IMG/VR virus record: IMGVR_UViG_3300017766_002493
Coordinates: 32,001-96,000 of that record
Strand: one strand, 5' to 3'
DNA: 64,000 nucleotides
Origin: a virus
Numbering within the stretch: position 1 is the stretch's first letter; each line of letters opens with the position of its first letter. Shown here in pieces: positions 36,754-45,836 of this stretch. The notes beneath the pieces are model-generated. The model made no database searches, was not told where the DNA came from, and saw nothing but the letters and a program-made list of their open reading frames with translations. The translations under genes and the position numbers were made by a program.

Positions 36754-36968
36754 AGAAAATAATATTAATAGTATCAATCCTCGGAACAATCACAAGTTGC
36801 AATTTAAAAAAATTAACCTCAATCTACCATGTAGATAGTTGCCCAGACTGGACAAATTGTATTGTCAATCCAGCCAACAAAGAATACGTAGAAGAAGTAG
36901 CTTTCAACTTAAACATTAGACCTGAACAAGTTACTCAAGAACAATTCAACTCTAGATATTTAAACTAG
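36750..36968 (+). CDS. Small lipoprotein
   Basis: MKK signal peptide with lipobox ITSC. Confidence 0.65.
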   Translation: MKKIILIVSILGTITSCNLKKLTSIYHVDSCPDWTNCIVNPANKEYVEEVAFNLNIRPEQVTQEQFNSRYLN

Positions 36969-36969
36969 T

Positions 36970-37023
36970 GGGTGAAAAACCTGGTAGGATTTTCACGATT
37001 CATGTTCTCCTACCAGGACACCT
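36970..37023 (+). other. Structured RNA element, copy 1 (copy 2 at 46201-46259)
   Basis: GGGTG-AAAAA-CCTGGTAGGA-loop-TCCTACCAGG-A-CACCT. Confidence 0.6.
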
Positions 37024-37041
37024 ATTCAAAAAATTAAAACA

Positions 37042-37488
37042 ATGAGTAATAAAAGTGTGACTGTGAGCTTAAAGGCAAGTGATATTAAACAACTGTTAAT
37101 CAAATCATTAAACACTAGTAACAAAGACATGTTATTGGATACAATCATTGATTATCTATCTGATACAGAGAAAGGTCTCGAAGCTATTTATAAAGTATCA
37201 CTAGGTATTACAGATGTATTTGCTTATAAGATTTTAGACAAGGTTTGGGTGCACAAGTATGCTTTATCTACCTATATGGTTAATGAAGCTACTATGAAAG
37301 AGAAAGGTTTATGGAAAGATGATCATATCCTATGTGAGATAACAGATATAAACCCTAAGAAAACAGAACCTTATCAGTTAAAGTTTACATACTACGACAA
37401 ACCAGATTCAGAACCAAAGATCTATGAACATAATAGAGCAGGTGAAGATAGAATACTAGAAAAGTATGAGGATGATATCCTATTCTAG
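37042..37488 (+). CDS. Hypothetical protein
   Basis: 148-aa ORF. Confidence 0.65.
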   Translation: MSNKSVTVSLKASDIKQLLIKSLNTSNKDMLLDTIIDYLSDTEKGLEAIYKVSLGITDVFAYKILDKVWVHKYALSTYMVNEATMKEKGLWKDDHILCEITDINPKKTEPYQLKFTYYDKPDSEPKIYEHNRAGEDRILEKYEDDILF

Positions 37489-37601
37489 ATATTAGATTAC
37501 CAATCCCGCAGGTAATTTGATTCTTCTATGCTATAATAAACTAGTAGCAATAGATTGTATCTCAATTAGTTTAACAACAATCAATTTAAAAATCAAAAAT
37601 T

Positions 37602-38069
37602 ATGAACTCAAAAGTAAAAGTAACTGCAGATGCAGCCGGCAATGTAATTGTAACTTCAAAGAACAACCCAGAATTTGGATATATCCGTGTAGAACAGGAT
37701 AGAATGGTAATAGATGAGAGAGGATTCGCAAGACGCAAAACAGTTAGCGCCTTGATCCCAGGCACAGTAAGTGATTTAAAATCTTTTGGTTGGACCAAAG
37801 GTGCCGAGGTTAGTGGTAAGATAGTTATTAAGGAGCAAACAACTCCATTTAATAGCAAAGATCCAGAACGCGATTATAAAATTGCAGGTAAAACAGGTAT
37901 AGTTTGTTGCCTATATGGTGAACCAATCTATCGCAAATTGTTTTATAGTTTAGATGCTAATGCTTCTGATGTAGTAATCGCTCATGATAATGGCGAAGCT
38001 ATCAAAGCTGCTTATGCAGAGCTATCCGAACAGGAAGCTAAGCAAGAAGAGTCTAATCTTACTCTGTAA
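37602..38069 (+). CDS. Conserved hypothetical protein (possibly OB-fold)
   Basis: 155-aa beta-rich ORF with acidic tail; terminator at about 38084-38121. Confidence 0.55.
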   Translation: MNSKVKVTADAAGNVIVTSKNNPEFGYIRVEQDRMVIDERGFARRKTVSALIPGTVSDLKSFGWTKGAEVSGKIVIKEQTTPFNSKDPERDYKIAGKTGIVCCLYGEPIYRKLFYSLDANASDVVIAHDNGEAIKAAYAELSEQEAKQEESNLTL

Positions 38070-38178
38070 AATAGATATGAAAGATAAGTGTGGGGGTTAA
38101 AATCCTCACACTTATTTTTTTTGTAAGCCGTTACAGCGATGATCCAATGAATAAGTTAAATTCTAAACAACAACAGTA

Positions 38179-38673
38179 ATGAATAATCAAACAACAAACA
38201 AAGTAGAAACATTAAAACAAAGTGTACTAGAGTATCAGGTAAATCCGCCGGGCTACAAAGGAGTAAGATATCAAATCAAAGAGAACGACTTTCTCAATAG
38301 TCATCAGAACTTTTTATTTCACAGAGCTATGTATGGGTTGAGCATCTATACCCAAGAAGAAATAAATAGTATGAATTGGGAGAAGAGAAAGAGAATTATC
38401 AAGGTTCACAAGAGAACACAAGCAGTATTAAATCAATGGAAACAAGAGATACTTATTAACATGAGCAACGCATTGTTTAGTAAGTATTTTGGTAGGTCCC
38501 CTTTCACACAAACATTATTATCCTTGTATAGTAATACTGAAAAAGATTTTAAGTGCACACTAGATTTTAAATCTTTCAAAATAACTAAGAGTATGATTGT
38601 GAAAAAGTTATTTGAAAAAGGCATCTTTCCTACAAATTTTTATCAACTTAACCAAGAAGTAACATGCAAGTAG
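38179..38673 (+). CDS. Hypothetical protein
   Basis: 164-aa ORF. Confidence 0.65.
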   Translation: MNNQTTNKVETLKQSVLEYQVNPPGYKGVRYQIKENDFLNSHQNFLFHRAMYGLSIYTQEEINSMNWEKRKRIIKVHKRTQAVLNQWKQEILINMSNALFSKYFGRSPFTQTLLSLYSNTEKDFKCTLDFKSFKITKSMIVKKLFEKGIFPTNFYQLNQEVTCK

Positions 38674-38897
38674 AATTTATTTTAAATGGAGGTGTATCAT
38701 GTATACTATGTCCAGAATCAGAAGCTGAAGAGGCTCTGTTAAAACAATTGATGAAACAAGAGAATGATCTTATTGAGGCAAGATCTAGCATAATGATTAT
38801 GAACAAAACATTTAGGAATGCTTTGGTCATAACCAGAAAGGGCCATGCTAAATCAGCATTAGATAATAATGATCAAGCTCAAGAAGAAACTGTGTGA
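38664..38897 (+). CDS. Hypothetical protein
   Basis: 77-aa ORF overlapping both neighbours. Confidence 0.55.
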   Translation: MQVEFILNGGVSCILCPESEAEEALLKQLMKQENDLIEARSSIMIMNKTFRNALVITRKGHAKSALDNNDQAQEETV

Positions 38898-39291
38898 TGG
38901 GTGTAGGTTAGAGAAACCTATATGGAAGAATGATGGGGGAAAAAGATTTTGCAAGCAGTGCTGGAGTGCTCATTCAGCTACTACTAGAACCAAACCAACG
39001 GCTCAGCAAAAAAAGATTCCCCCTAAATCTTCCAAGAGAATAACACAAGATAATTTATACGGAAAAAAGAGAAAACTTTTTTTGACTGCCCACTCTATTT
39101 GTAAGGCCTCAATACGCGGAGTGTGTAACGGTGCAGCCTGTGATATCCACCACATGAAAGGTAGAATAGGAGATCTATTTCTAGATGAGACCTATTGGTT
39201 GCCAGTGTGCAGGGCTTGTCACTATTGGATAGAGATGAGACCTGAAGCAGCAAAAGAATTAGGATTTAGTATTAACAGATTAACAAAATAA
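38869..39291 (+). CDS. Zn-finger plus HNH-type nuclease
   Basis: CDGC..CKQC, then C..C..DIHHMKGR...VCRACH. Confidence 0.7.
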   Translation: MIKLKKKLCDGCRLEKPIWKNDGGKRFCKQCWSAHSATTRTKPTAQQKKIPPKSSKRITQDNLYGKKRKLFLTAHSICKASIRGVCNGAACDIHHMKGRIGDLFLDETYWLPVCRACHYWIEMRPEAAKELGFSINRLTK

Positions 39292-39293
39292 TT

Positions 39294-39593
39294 ATGGGAT
39301 ATATAACAATAACAACAGATGTAGATATAAGTTTGGATGATATACAAGATTCGGATATTCTAGATATAATAGAAGATAGACTTGATACTTATAAGAGAAG
39401 AAAAAATGATTTAGCTCATTCAAGTCTTATATGGGATATTAAGGAACTAATTGAAGATCAAACAGCTTCATCAGAATCTGATAATAGAAATATTGATGAT
39501 GAATCTCTATTAGGAGAACTCAAACTTGAAGTATGTAAAAAGCTTATGAGCAAGTATAGTCTAGAACAATTAGAAACATTTTTAAATAAGTAA
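39294..39593 (+). CDS. Hypothetical protein
   Basis: 99-aa ORF. Confidence 0.6.
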   Translation: MGYITITTDVDISLDDIQDSDILDIIEDRLDTYKRRKNDLAHSSLIWDIKELIEDQTASSESDNRNIDDESLLGELKLEVCKKLMSKYSLEQLETFLNK

Positions 39594-39597
39594 TATG

Positions 39598-40141
39598 GGA
39601 CAGTATGGAAAATATTTTGTATATTTGACCTATGAAAAGACCAAAATTATATACAATATGGTGTGCCATAAAGTCCAGATGTTTTAATAAAAATCTTAAA
39701 ACTTACAAATACTATGGAGGAAGAAACATAACAATATATGAGTTATGGAAAAATAATTTTTCTTTATTTAAAGATTATGTTTCTTCTTTAGAAAATTATG
39801 ATGCTTCAAATGTTTGCAGAAACGGAATAACTCTAGATAGAATAGATTGTGACAAAAATTATGAACCAGGTAATCTACGCTGGGTAAATATGGAGTTACA
39901 ATCTAGAAATAGAAGAAAAAAAAACAACTCTAAAAGCAAATATATAGGTGTATCTGAAGATAAAAGTGGTATAAGATTAAAAAAATGGTCTGCTAGAATT
40001 ACTATTAATAAAAAGACTATAAGAATAGGAAGGTATCATACCCAGGAAGAAGCTAAACAAGCAAGAGATCAATATATTATTGATCATAATCTAGAAAATT
40101 TTATGTTAAACAATTAAAACTTAGAAATCATCGGACAGTAT
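39598..40141 (+). mobile_element. HNH-AP2 cassette flanked by a GGACAGTAT direct repeat
   Basis: ATGGGACAGTAT at 39595-39606 and ATCGGACAGTAT at 40130-40141; internal TATATTTG at 39620-39627. Confidence 0.75.
39632..40117 (+). CDS. HNH homing endonuclease with C-terminal AP2 domain
   Basis: W..IKSRC...YGGR.I, TLDRID...YEPGN.RW....Q.RN; AP2 SKYIGVS..KWSARI....IG.Y.T.EEA..ARD. Confidence 0.9.
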   Translation: MKRPKLYTIWCAIKSRCFNKNLKTYKYYGGRNITIYELWKNNFSLFKDYVSSLENYDASNVCRNGITLDRIDCDKNYEPGNLRWVNMELQSRNRRKKNNSKSKYIGVSEDKSGIRLKKWSARITINKKTIRIGRYHTQEEAKQARDQYIIDHNLENFMLNN

Positions 40142-40651
40142 TATAAGGCAGTAAACTTAGACAATATGGAGCATGTGTCTTCATATGATTATGAAAATGG
40201 TGCTAAATTAATGGAGCACAGTTACATAGGTAACAACTTTGTAGAAGCTGTAGAGTTTCTACTGATAAATGATGGTGAAGATAAAGGTAGATGGGCAAAC
40301 TCTAGAATAGTATGGGCAGGTGACTATGCTGATCCTGAAGAAGATGGGGAAACTATCTATGATAAAGTGGAAGGCAATGGTCTCAAGTTCTTGATAGAGG
40401 GTGTACCGGAGAATTATCCCTACCTGGTTAACTATGACAAGAAAGAGTATGTAGATAAAAGAAAATGCCCACAAGATAAAGATGGCTGGACAATACACCC
40501 ACTCCCATTACTAACCTGTGAGGGTAACGGTAGAGGTGGTGGAGATTACCGTAATGATAATGATTATGTAGGAACATGGTCAAGATGTGTAGTCAATCTA
40601 ATGAAAGAGATACCCGAGGGATTTACAGAAATAACTCCTAACTTTGTATGA
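40130..40651 (+). CDS. Conserved phage protein (M/I)GQYYKAVNLD..., start altered by the HNH insertion
   Basis: Frame is open from ATC at 40130; KLMEHSY, WAGDYAD, IHPLPLLT.EGNGRGGGDY motifs. Confidence 0.75.
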   Translation: MGQYYKAVNLDNMEHVSSYDYENGAKLMEHSYIGNNFVEAVEFLLINDGEDKGRWANSRIVWAGDYADPEEDGETIYDKVEGNGLKFLIEGVPENYPYLVNYDKKEYVDKRKCPQDKDGWTIHPLPLLTCEGNGRGGGDYRNDNDYVGTWSRCVVNLMKEIPEGFTEITPNFV

Positions 40652-40718
40652 TAATCGGAGCTAGTGAGCTAGGTTGGTGTTTTTACTATCATCTCCATGC
40701 TCCACAACACTTTATGCA

Positions 40719-40925
40719 ATGACAACAATACACGAGCTACAGCAAATACTATGGGTTACAACTCCTCACGGTGATGGCATAGTGCTATTTATAATGGACT
40801 ATGGTATGCAAAACAACACAGTATGGGTTGTGGCTCTTGAAAAAGACGGTGCTATCAAGCACTATGACAGCAATCAAATAAAACTTTGTTATAACAACAC
40901 AATTAATATTAATACCAATGGGTAG
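40719..40925 (+). CDS. Hypothetical protein
   Basis: MTTIHELQQILWVTTPHGDG...DYG small phage protein. Confidence 0.6.
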   Translation: MTTIHELQQILWVTTPHGDGIVLFIMDYGMQNNTVWVVALEKDGAIKHYDSNQIKLCYNNTININTNG

Positions 40926-41232
40926 AATGAAAGATTTATCTCTAAAATTTATTGGATATGAAGTGACAGGTATTGCTCACTTAAGTTTATGGGGTGGTGG
41001 AGAAGGTACCATCAGAATGAGTTCTTGTTTTATACACAAGGATGAGTTATCTTCTAATAGAATGAAAACTTGTGTAAATGACAACGGCTTTGGTTGTGAA
41101 AAAATCACATCTGCTAAGCTAGACATCTACAAGGTATACGGTGAGCCACCATACTACAAACAATTTGATAGAACAATAGAGTTAAATGAACAACAATGCT
41201 TCGATGGAATGCGAGGTATATTCACAGAATGA
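40918..41232 (+). CDS. Hypothetical protein
   Basis: 104-aa ORF. Confidence 0.6.
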   Translation: MGRMKDLSLKFIGYEVTGIAHLSLWGGGEGTIRMSSCFIHKDELSSNRMKTCVNDNGFGCEKITSAKLDIYKVYGEPPYYKQFDRTIELNEQQCFDGMRGIFTE

Positions 41233-42317
41233 ATAAAACAAGAGACATAATACAAAAAGAAGCTTTAGATGCACTATTACACAAAAGAAAGGCGGGTATA
41301 GCGGTGTCTATGGGGGTAGGGAAAACGCTTATAGGTCTAAAGCATATGGCTGCGCAGCATACAGAGTATAGCAGGTTTCTAGTTGTAGCATCTAAACAAA
41401 CAATACTCAAAGAGTGGGTATCAGAAGCAAGTAAACATGGATTAGATTATCTAATTCCTCATATCAGTCTTACTACATATAGATCTTTAGGAAAACAAAA
41501 TCTTAATTATAATGTAGTATATCTAGATGAGTGTCATTCGCTATTATATTCCCACAAAGAGTGGTTAGATAAATATACCAACACTATTGTTGGTTTAACC
41601 GGTTCTCCACCAAAGTACTCTGAATCAGAAAAGGGTCAAATGGTGGAGGATTATTGTCCAATTGTATACAGTTACAAGACTGATGACGCAATTGATGATA
41701 AAATCTTAAATGATTATAGAATAATTGTTCATAAGATTCCACTAAGCAAAGTAAAAAACATAAGAGTAGAACTAGCTAAGTCTACATTTTATAACTCAGA
41801 AGAAAGTGATTATAATTATTGGTCTACCAGGGTAGAAAATGCCAAGAATAGAAAAGAAAAACAGATCATGAGTATAATGAGGATGAAAGCTATGATGGAG
41901 TATAAAAGCAAAGAACAATTAGCAATAAATCTTTTGAGAGAAATTGATGACAAGTGTATCCTATTTGCCAATACACAAGAACAAGCTGATAGATTATGTG
42001 CTTATAGCTACCACAGCAATAATCCTGTATCCGATGAAAATCTATTCCTATTTAAGCTAGGTGAGATTAATAAGTTATCTGCTGTATTACAGCTAAACGA
42101 GGGTGTAAATATACCTAATCTAAAACAAGGTATCATTATGCATGCTTATGGTAACGAGAGAAAATCGGCACAAAGGATTGGTAGATTACTAAGGCTTAAT
42201 CCAGATGATGTGGCTACGGTACATATACTATGTTATCAAAACACAGTTGATGAAAAATGGGTATCTTCAGCTCTTGAAACATTTGATGAATCAAAAATAA
42301 CTTACAAAGAATCATAA
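41229..42317 (+). CDS. Superfamily 2 helicase
   Basis: Q motif, GVGKT, DECH, GLTGS, LNEGVNIP and QRIGRLLR; start likely MNKTR. Confidence 0.9.
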   Translation: MNKTRDIIQKEALDALLHKRKAGIAVSMGVGKTLIGLKHMAAQHTEYSRFLVVASKQTILKEWVSEASKHGLDYLIPHISLTTYRSLGKQNLNYNVVYLDECHSLLYSHKEWLDKYTNTIVGLTGSPPKYSESEKGQMVEDYCPIVYSYKTDDAIDDKILNDYRIIVHKIPLSKVKNIRVELAKSTFYNSEESDYNYWSTRVENAKNRKEKQIMSIMRMKAMMEYKSKEQLAINLLREIDDKCILFANTQEQADRLCAYSYHSNNPVSDENLFLFKLGEINKLSAVLQLNEGVNIPNLKQGIIMHAYGNERKSAQRIGRLLRLNPDDVATVHILCYQNTVDEKWVSSALETFDESKITYKES

Positions 42318-42318
42318 C

Positions 42319-42615
42319 ATGGAAACAGAAGAGTTAATAGACTTGCAAATAGAGAAAGAAATAGAAGAAGCTTTGAGCACGATGAAACAAGATCAATACA
42401 AAATATATTTAATAAATGATGATCACAATAGTTTTGATCATGTTATTGAAGTATTGATGCTTGTTTGTAAACACGAGCCAATTCAAGCTGAACAATGCGC
42501 ACTCTTAACACATCACAAAGGAAGTTGTGAAGTAAAAGTTGGTCCACTTGAAAAGCTTATTCCTATCTACGATGGTTTAACAAGTAATGGTTTAACAGCT
42601 AAAATTAACAAGTAA
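42319..42615 (+). CDS. clpS: ClpS-like N-degron adaptor
   Basis: IYLINDDHNSFDHVIEVL...AEQCALLTHHKGSCEVK. Confidence 0.85.
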   Translation: METEELIDLQIEKEIEEALSTMKQDQYKIYLINDDHNSFDHVIEVLMLVCKHEPIQAEQCALLTHHKGSCEVKVGPLEKLIPIYDGLTSNGLTAKINK

Positions 42616-42791
42616 AATGAGTTACAAATTAGCTAAAATACAATCTGAATCAAAGGGTAAATGTTTACCTGGTCATAGTCATGTTTATGAAATAATTAAA
42701 GGCAGTGGTGCAAATAGTTATACTCCTAAATGGAAGTGTAAAATTTGTGGTAACATTGTAAAATCTAACTAATTATTTTTAAATTTGCTAT

Positions 42792-43088
42792 ATGCCAGTA
42801 ACATCATTAGAAATAGTAGACAAAACCATTAAAAAAATCCAATTCATAACTACTAGCATAGATGATCTACTAGAAGTAGAAATATATCTATGCGGAGAAA
42901 ATTGGAATCCTATTATGAAAATAGGAAGATCTATTGACGATAGATCTGAAGAAGATTTCCACAAGCAACTGAGAAAAGATGCATCAGAGAAAGGACAATT
43001 AGTTAAAAAATATTGTACCGATCCTGAGTGGAATCCTGATTTTAACCCTGATTTATATGAAAACATACTTCCGAGTGATTTGCCTTGA
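42792..43088 (+). CDS. Hypothetical protein
   Basis: 98-aa ORF. Confidence 0.5.
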   Translation: MPVTSLEIVDKTIKKIQFITTSIDDLLEVEIYLCGENWNPIMKIGRSIDDRSEEDFHKQLRKDASEKGQLVKKYCTDPEWNPDFNPDLYENILPSDLP

Positions 43089-43362
43089 TGCAAGTAACAA
43101 GCCCAATGATATACCTAATAGTAAGTGGGTAAAAAAAGATGAGATATACACAGTAATCCGAGTAGTAAAACTGCCTCTTCAAAACATGGCCATTGGTTAT
43201 GAACTAGAAGAAATAGATCTCAAAGACTGTTTTCCTTATCAATTTTTTAGCTCTAATAGATTTGGTATACTCTTGAAAGATGATCAGTGGGCTGAAGAAG
43301 TTTTATCTGAGATATTAGAATGCGCAAAAGAAGAAGCACAATTAGTATCTGATTTAGCATGA
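43057..43362 (+). CDS. Hypothetical protein
   Basis: 101-aa ORF. Confidence 0.6.
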   Translation: MKTYFRVICLDASNKPNDIPNSKWVKKDEIYTVIRVVKLPLQNMAIGYELEEIDLKDCFPYQFFSSNRFGILLKDDQWAEEVLSEILECAKEEAQLVSDLA

Positions 43363-43379
43363 TTTTAAAAGTAATCTCT

Positions 43380-43572
43380 CCGGGGCGGATCATTACAATG
43401 CACACTCTTGTCGGAGTGTGAGCTCAAGTTGAAGGATATCCATGTTATTATTTACCAACCCGGTGAACCTTGTGGTTTGATTAATAGTAATTAATATAGA
43501 AAGTCGTGATCCCTTAAATTCATAGCGGCGATGGATATCAAAGACTGACAACTGGGAAAGACCAGTATTTTT
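43380..43572. ncRNA. Structured intergenic RNA candidate
   Basis: CACACTC/GAGTGTG hairpin; 9-bp GATATCCAT/ATGGATATC; ACTGG-GAAAGA-CCAGT then a T run. Confidence 0.5.
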
Positions 43573-43775
43573 TTAATCACAATAATTTTACCAATGACAA
43601 CATTTAAAGATTTAGTTAAAAATAATATTGAAAATTTAGAATCAAGAATTATAACTTTAGGAAAGGTTTATGCAAATGAAAAAGATCCTATAAAAAGATC
43701 TCAGCTAAGTAATGAAATACAAGATCTTGTTAATACTATGAACAAGCAAACCAAAGTGTTTCTAAATAGATAGCC

Positions 43776-44000
43776 TTGATAAAAGTTATCAATCATAAGG
43801 GTATAGAGTTATGTGTAGGGGATAAAATAAAAATCATATCTGATAAGATAAACAATAGAACTCTAGTTACAGTAGAACTTAATGAGATAATAACTATATC
43901 AGCTTTTTCAGATAATGGTAAGATCCTCTACCACCACAACTCACTAGCCCTACCAGTAAACTCTGATGTTTATTTAAAATTAGAAAACAATTATGAATAA
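43776..44000 (+). CDS. Hypothetical protein
   Basis: 74-aa ORF. Confidence 0.5.
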   Translation: MIKVINHKGIELCVGDKIKIISDKINNRTLVTVELNEIITISAFSDNGKILYHHNSLALPVNSDVYLKLENNYE

Positions 44001-44550
44001 ATTACTTGTAATATTATTTATAGGAATATCATTGTCTTTCAATGATGGAAATAAGATTCAAAAGATAATCAACCATGCTAAGTGGCAATCAACACAAGAT
44101 GTTACTTATGATGGTAGATATATGAGAATAAGTTATCCCGGAGGCGATGTTCCTCCTAACATTGGTGTTTGTACCGATGTGATAATAAGAGCTTATCGCT
44201 CTGTAAATATAGATCTACAAAAATTAATACACGAAGATATAGTAAACAATCCTGGTGTATATAATGTAAAGAAAGTAGATAGCAATATTGATCACAGACG
44301 AGTTCCTAATATGAAAAGGTTCTTAAAGAGGAAAGGTGCTCAAAAATCTGTTACATATAATGAATCAGATTATCTACCAGGTGATATAGTATTTTGGAAT
44401 GTAGCTGCAGGGCATGTAGGTCTTGTAACAGATGTAAAAATACCAAATACAAATAGATACCTAGTAGTGCATAACATAGGCGCTGGTCCTCAGATAGAAG
44501 ATTTTTTATTTAGAGCTCAAATAGTTGATCACTATAGATGGTTCAATTAA
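43993..44550 (+). CDS. DUF1287 (YijF-like) exported protein
   Basis: Signal peptide; YPGGDVP..GVCTDV.IRAYR, IDHRRVPN, PGDIVFW and HNIG motifs. Confidence 0.85.
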   Translation: MNKLLVILFIGISLSFNDGNKIQKIINHAKWQSTQDVTYDGRYMRISYPGGDVPPNIGVCTDVIIRAYRSVNIDLQKLIHEDIVNNPGVYNVKKVDSNIDHRRVPNMKRFLKRKGAQKSVTYNESDYLPGDIVFWNVAAGHVGLVTDVKIPNTNRYLVVHNIGAGPQIEDFLFRAQIVDHYRWFN

Positions 44551-44562
44551 AAATTTAAAACT

Positions 44563-45462
44563 ATGAAGAAAATAAAAACCTTCTACACACCTAAGCAAGT
44601 GTGCCATGATATGGATGACTCTTTCTCTAAGAGTCCTTTAAAACCATATCTGTTGATGAAGAAAATTAATGAAGAAGGATACGCTGATTGCTTTGATATT
44701 GAAGATAAGTTTAAACCAATAAAGAAAAAAGATTTTTTATTAGCTCACACTGAAGAATATGTAAATAATGTTTTCAACAAAGAAGGTAATTATAGTAGCA
44801 ACTCATTACCCTGGAGTAAAAATCTTGTAGATAGTTTGCACTATACTACTGGTTCCCTACTAGCAGCAAAAGAGTGGGCTATTAATAATCCAGAAGACAT
44901 ATGCTTTGCTCCTATATCAGGTATGCATCATGCTAAACCAACAAGTGGTTCAGGTTTCTGTACTTTTTCTGGTCAAGTAATATCAGCTAGGAAGATCTAT
45001 AAAAAGTATAAACTATCAGGTGCTTATCTAGATCTAGATGGTCACTATGGAAATAGTATAGACGATAGTTATAGCTTTGATCACAATATAGTAAAAGCTA
45101 TACCAAAAGATTGTAATATAAATCCTAGAGGAGTCAATGCAAAATACATAGAAGATTTCCAAAACAAGTTAAACAATCTACAAAAAAAGATTCTTAACAA
45201 TGAAGTTCACTATGTTGTATTTGCACACGGAGCAGATAGCCATGAAGATGATGACTTAGGAGGTAGTCTTGATACTAAGCATTGGTTAATGGCCGCAGAG
45301 GTATTTGCTAATTGGGTAAATGATACATCATCAAAATTAGGAAAACCTTTACCGGTAGTCTTATGTCTATTTGGAGGATACAGAAATAATAACTATGACT
45401 TTGTACTTGATTTACATTTAAAATCTTTATTGAAGTGTAGAGAAATAATTAGAAACAATTAA
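44563..45462 (+). CDS. Zn-dependent histone-deacetylase-family hydrolase
   Basis: AHT.EY, GMHHA, GFC, DLDGHYGN, GADSHEDD and GGY motifs. Confidence 0.9.
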   Translation: MKKIKTFYTPKQVCHDMDDSFSKSPLKPYLLMKKINEEGYADCFDIEDKFKPIKKKDFLLAHTEEYVNNVFNKEGNYSSNSLPWSKNLVDSLHYTTGSLLAAKEWAINNPEDICFAPISGMHHAKPTSGSGFCTFSGQVISARKIYKKYKLSGAYLDLDGHYGNSIDDSYSFDHNIVKAIPKDCNINPRGVNAKYIEDFQNKLNNLQKKILNNEVHYVVFAHGADSHEDDDLGGSLDTKHWLMAAEVFANWVNDTSSKLGKPLPVVLCLFGGYRNNNYDFVLDLHLKSLLKCREIIRNN

Positions 45463-45464
45463 CT

Positions 45465-45836
45465 ATGAGCACTTTTACAATTGACTTTGCAGAACTATGC
45501 TTTTTAGCAGAAGCTTGTATGCCGCCTAGAAAAATAGTAGAGACTATGTTTTGGCAAAAGCTTACAAGGAAGTATTACAATGTAATGACTCCTGAAGAAA
45601 GAGATAAATTATTTGAATATATGTGGAGAAATGATGTATATAGAGAAGTACTTGAAACAGAACAAGATATTAAAGTATTTCACGCAAGATTCAATCCTCA
45701 TAATCAATACCAAGTAGATACAAATTGTGATGGTGAGCACAACTCTCATCACACTTTTTTACTGGATGGTAAATACTATACCAATATTGGTGCTAGTATC
45801 AATGAAAATTATATAATTAAAATAACAAAACTATGA
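45465..45836 (+). CDS. Hypothetical protein
   Basis: 123-aa ORF. Confidence 0.6.
   Translation: MSTFTIDFAELCFLAEACMPPRKIVETMFWQKLTRKYYNVMTPEERDKLFEYMWRNDVYREVLETEQDIKVFHARFNPHNQYQVDTNCDGEHNSHHTFLLDGKYYTNIGASINENYIIKITKL

Noticed and set aside
39607-40132. Group I/II intron or T4 gene 60-style ribosomal bypass around the HNH gene
   Set aside because: No ribozyme core is recognisable in the short flanks; no stop codon or hairpin follows the GGA codon and the gap is 535 nt, far longer than known bypasses.
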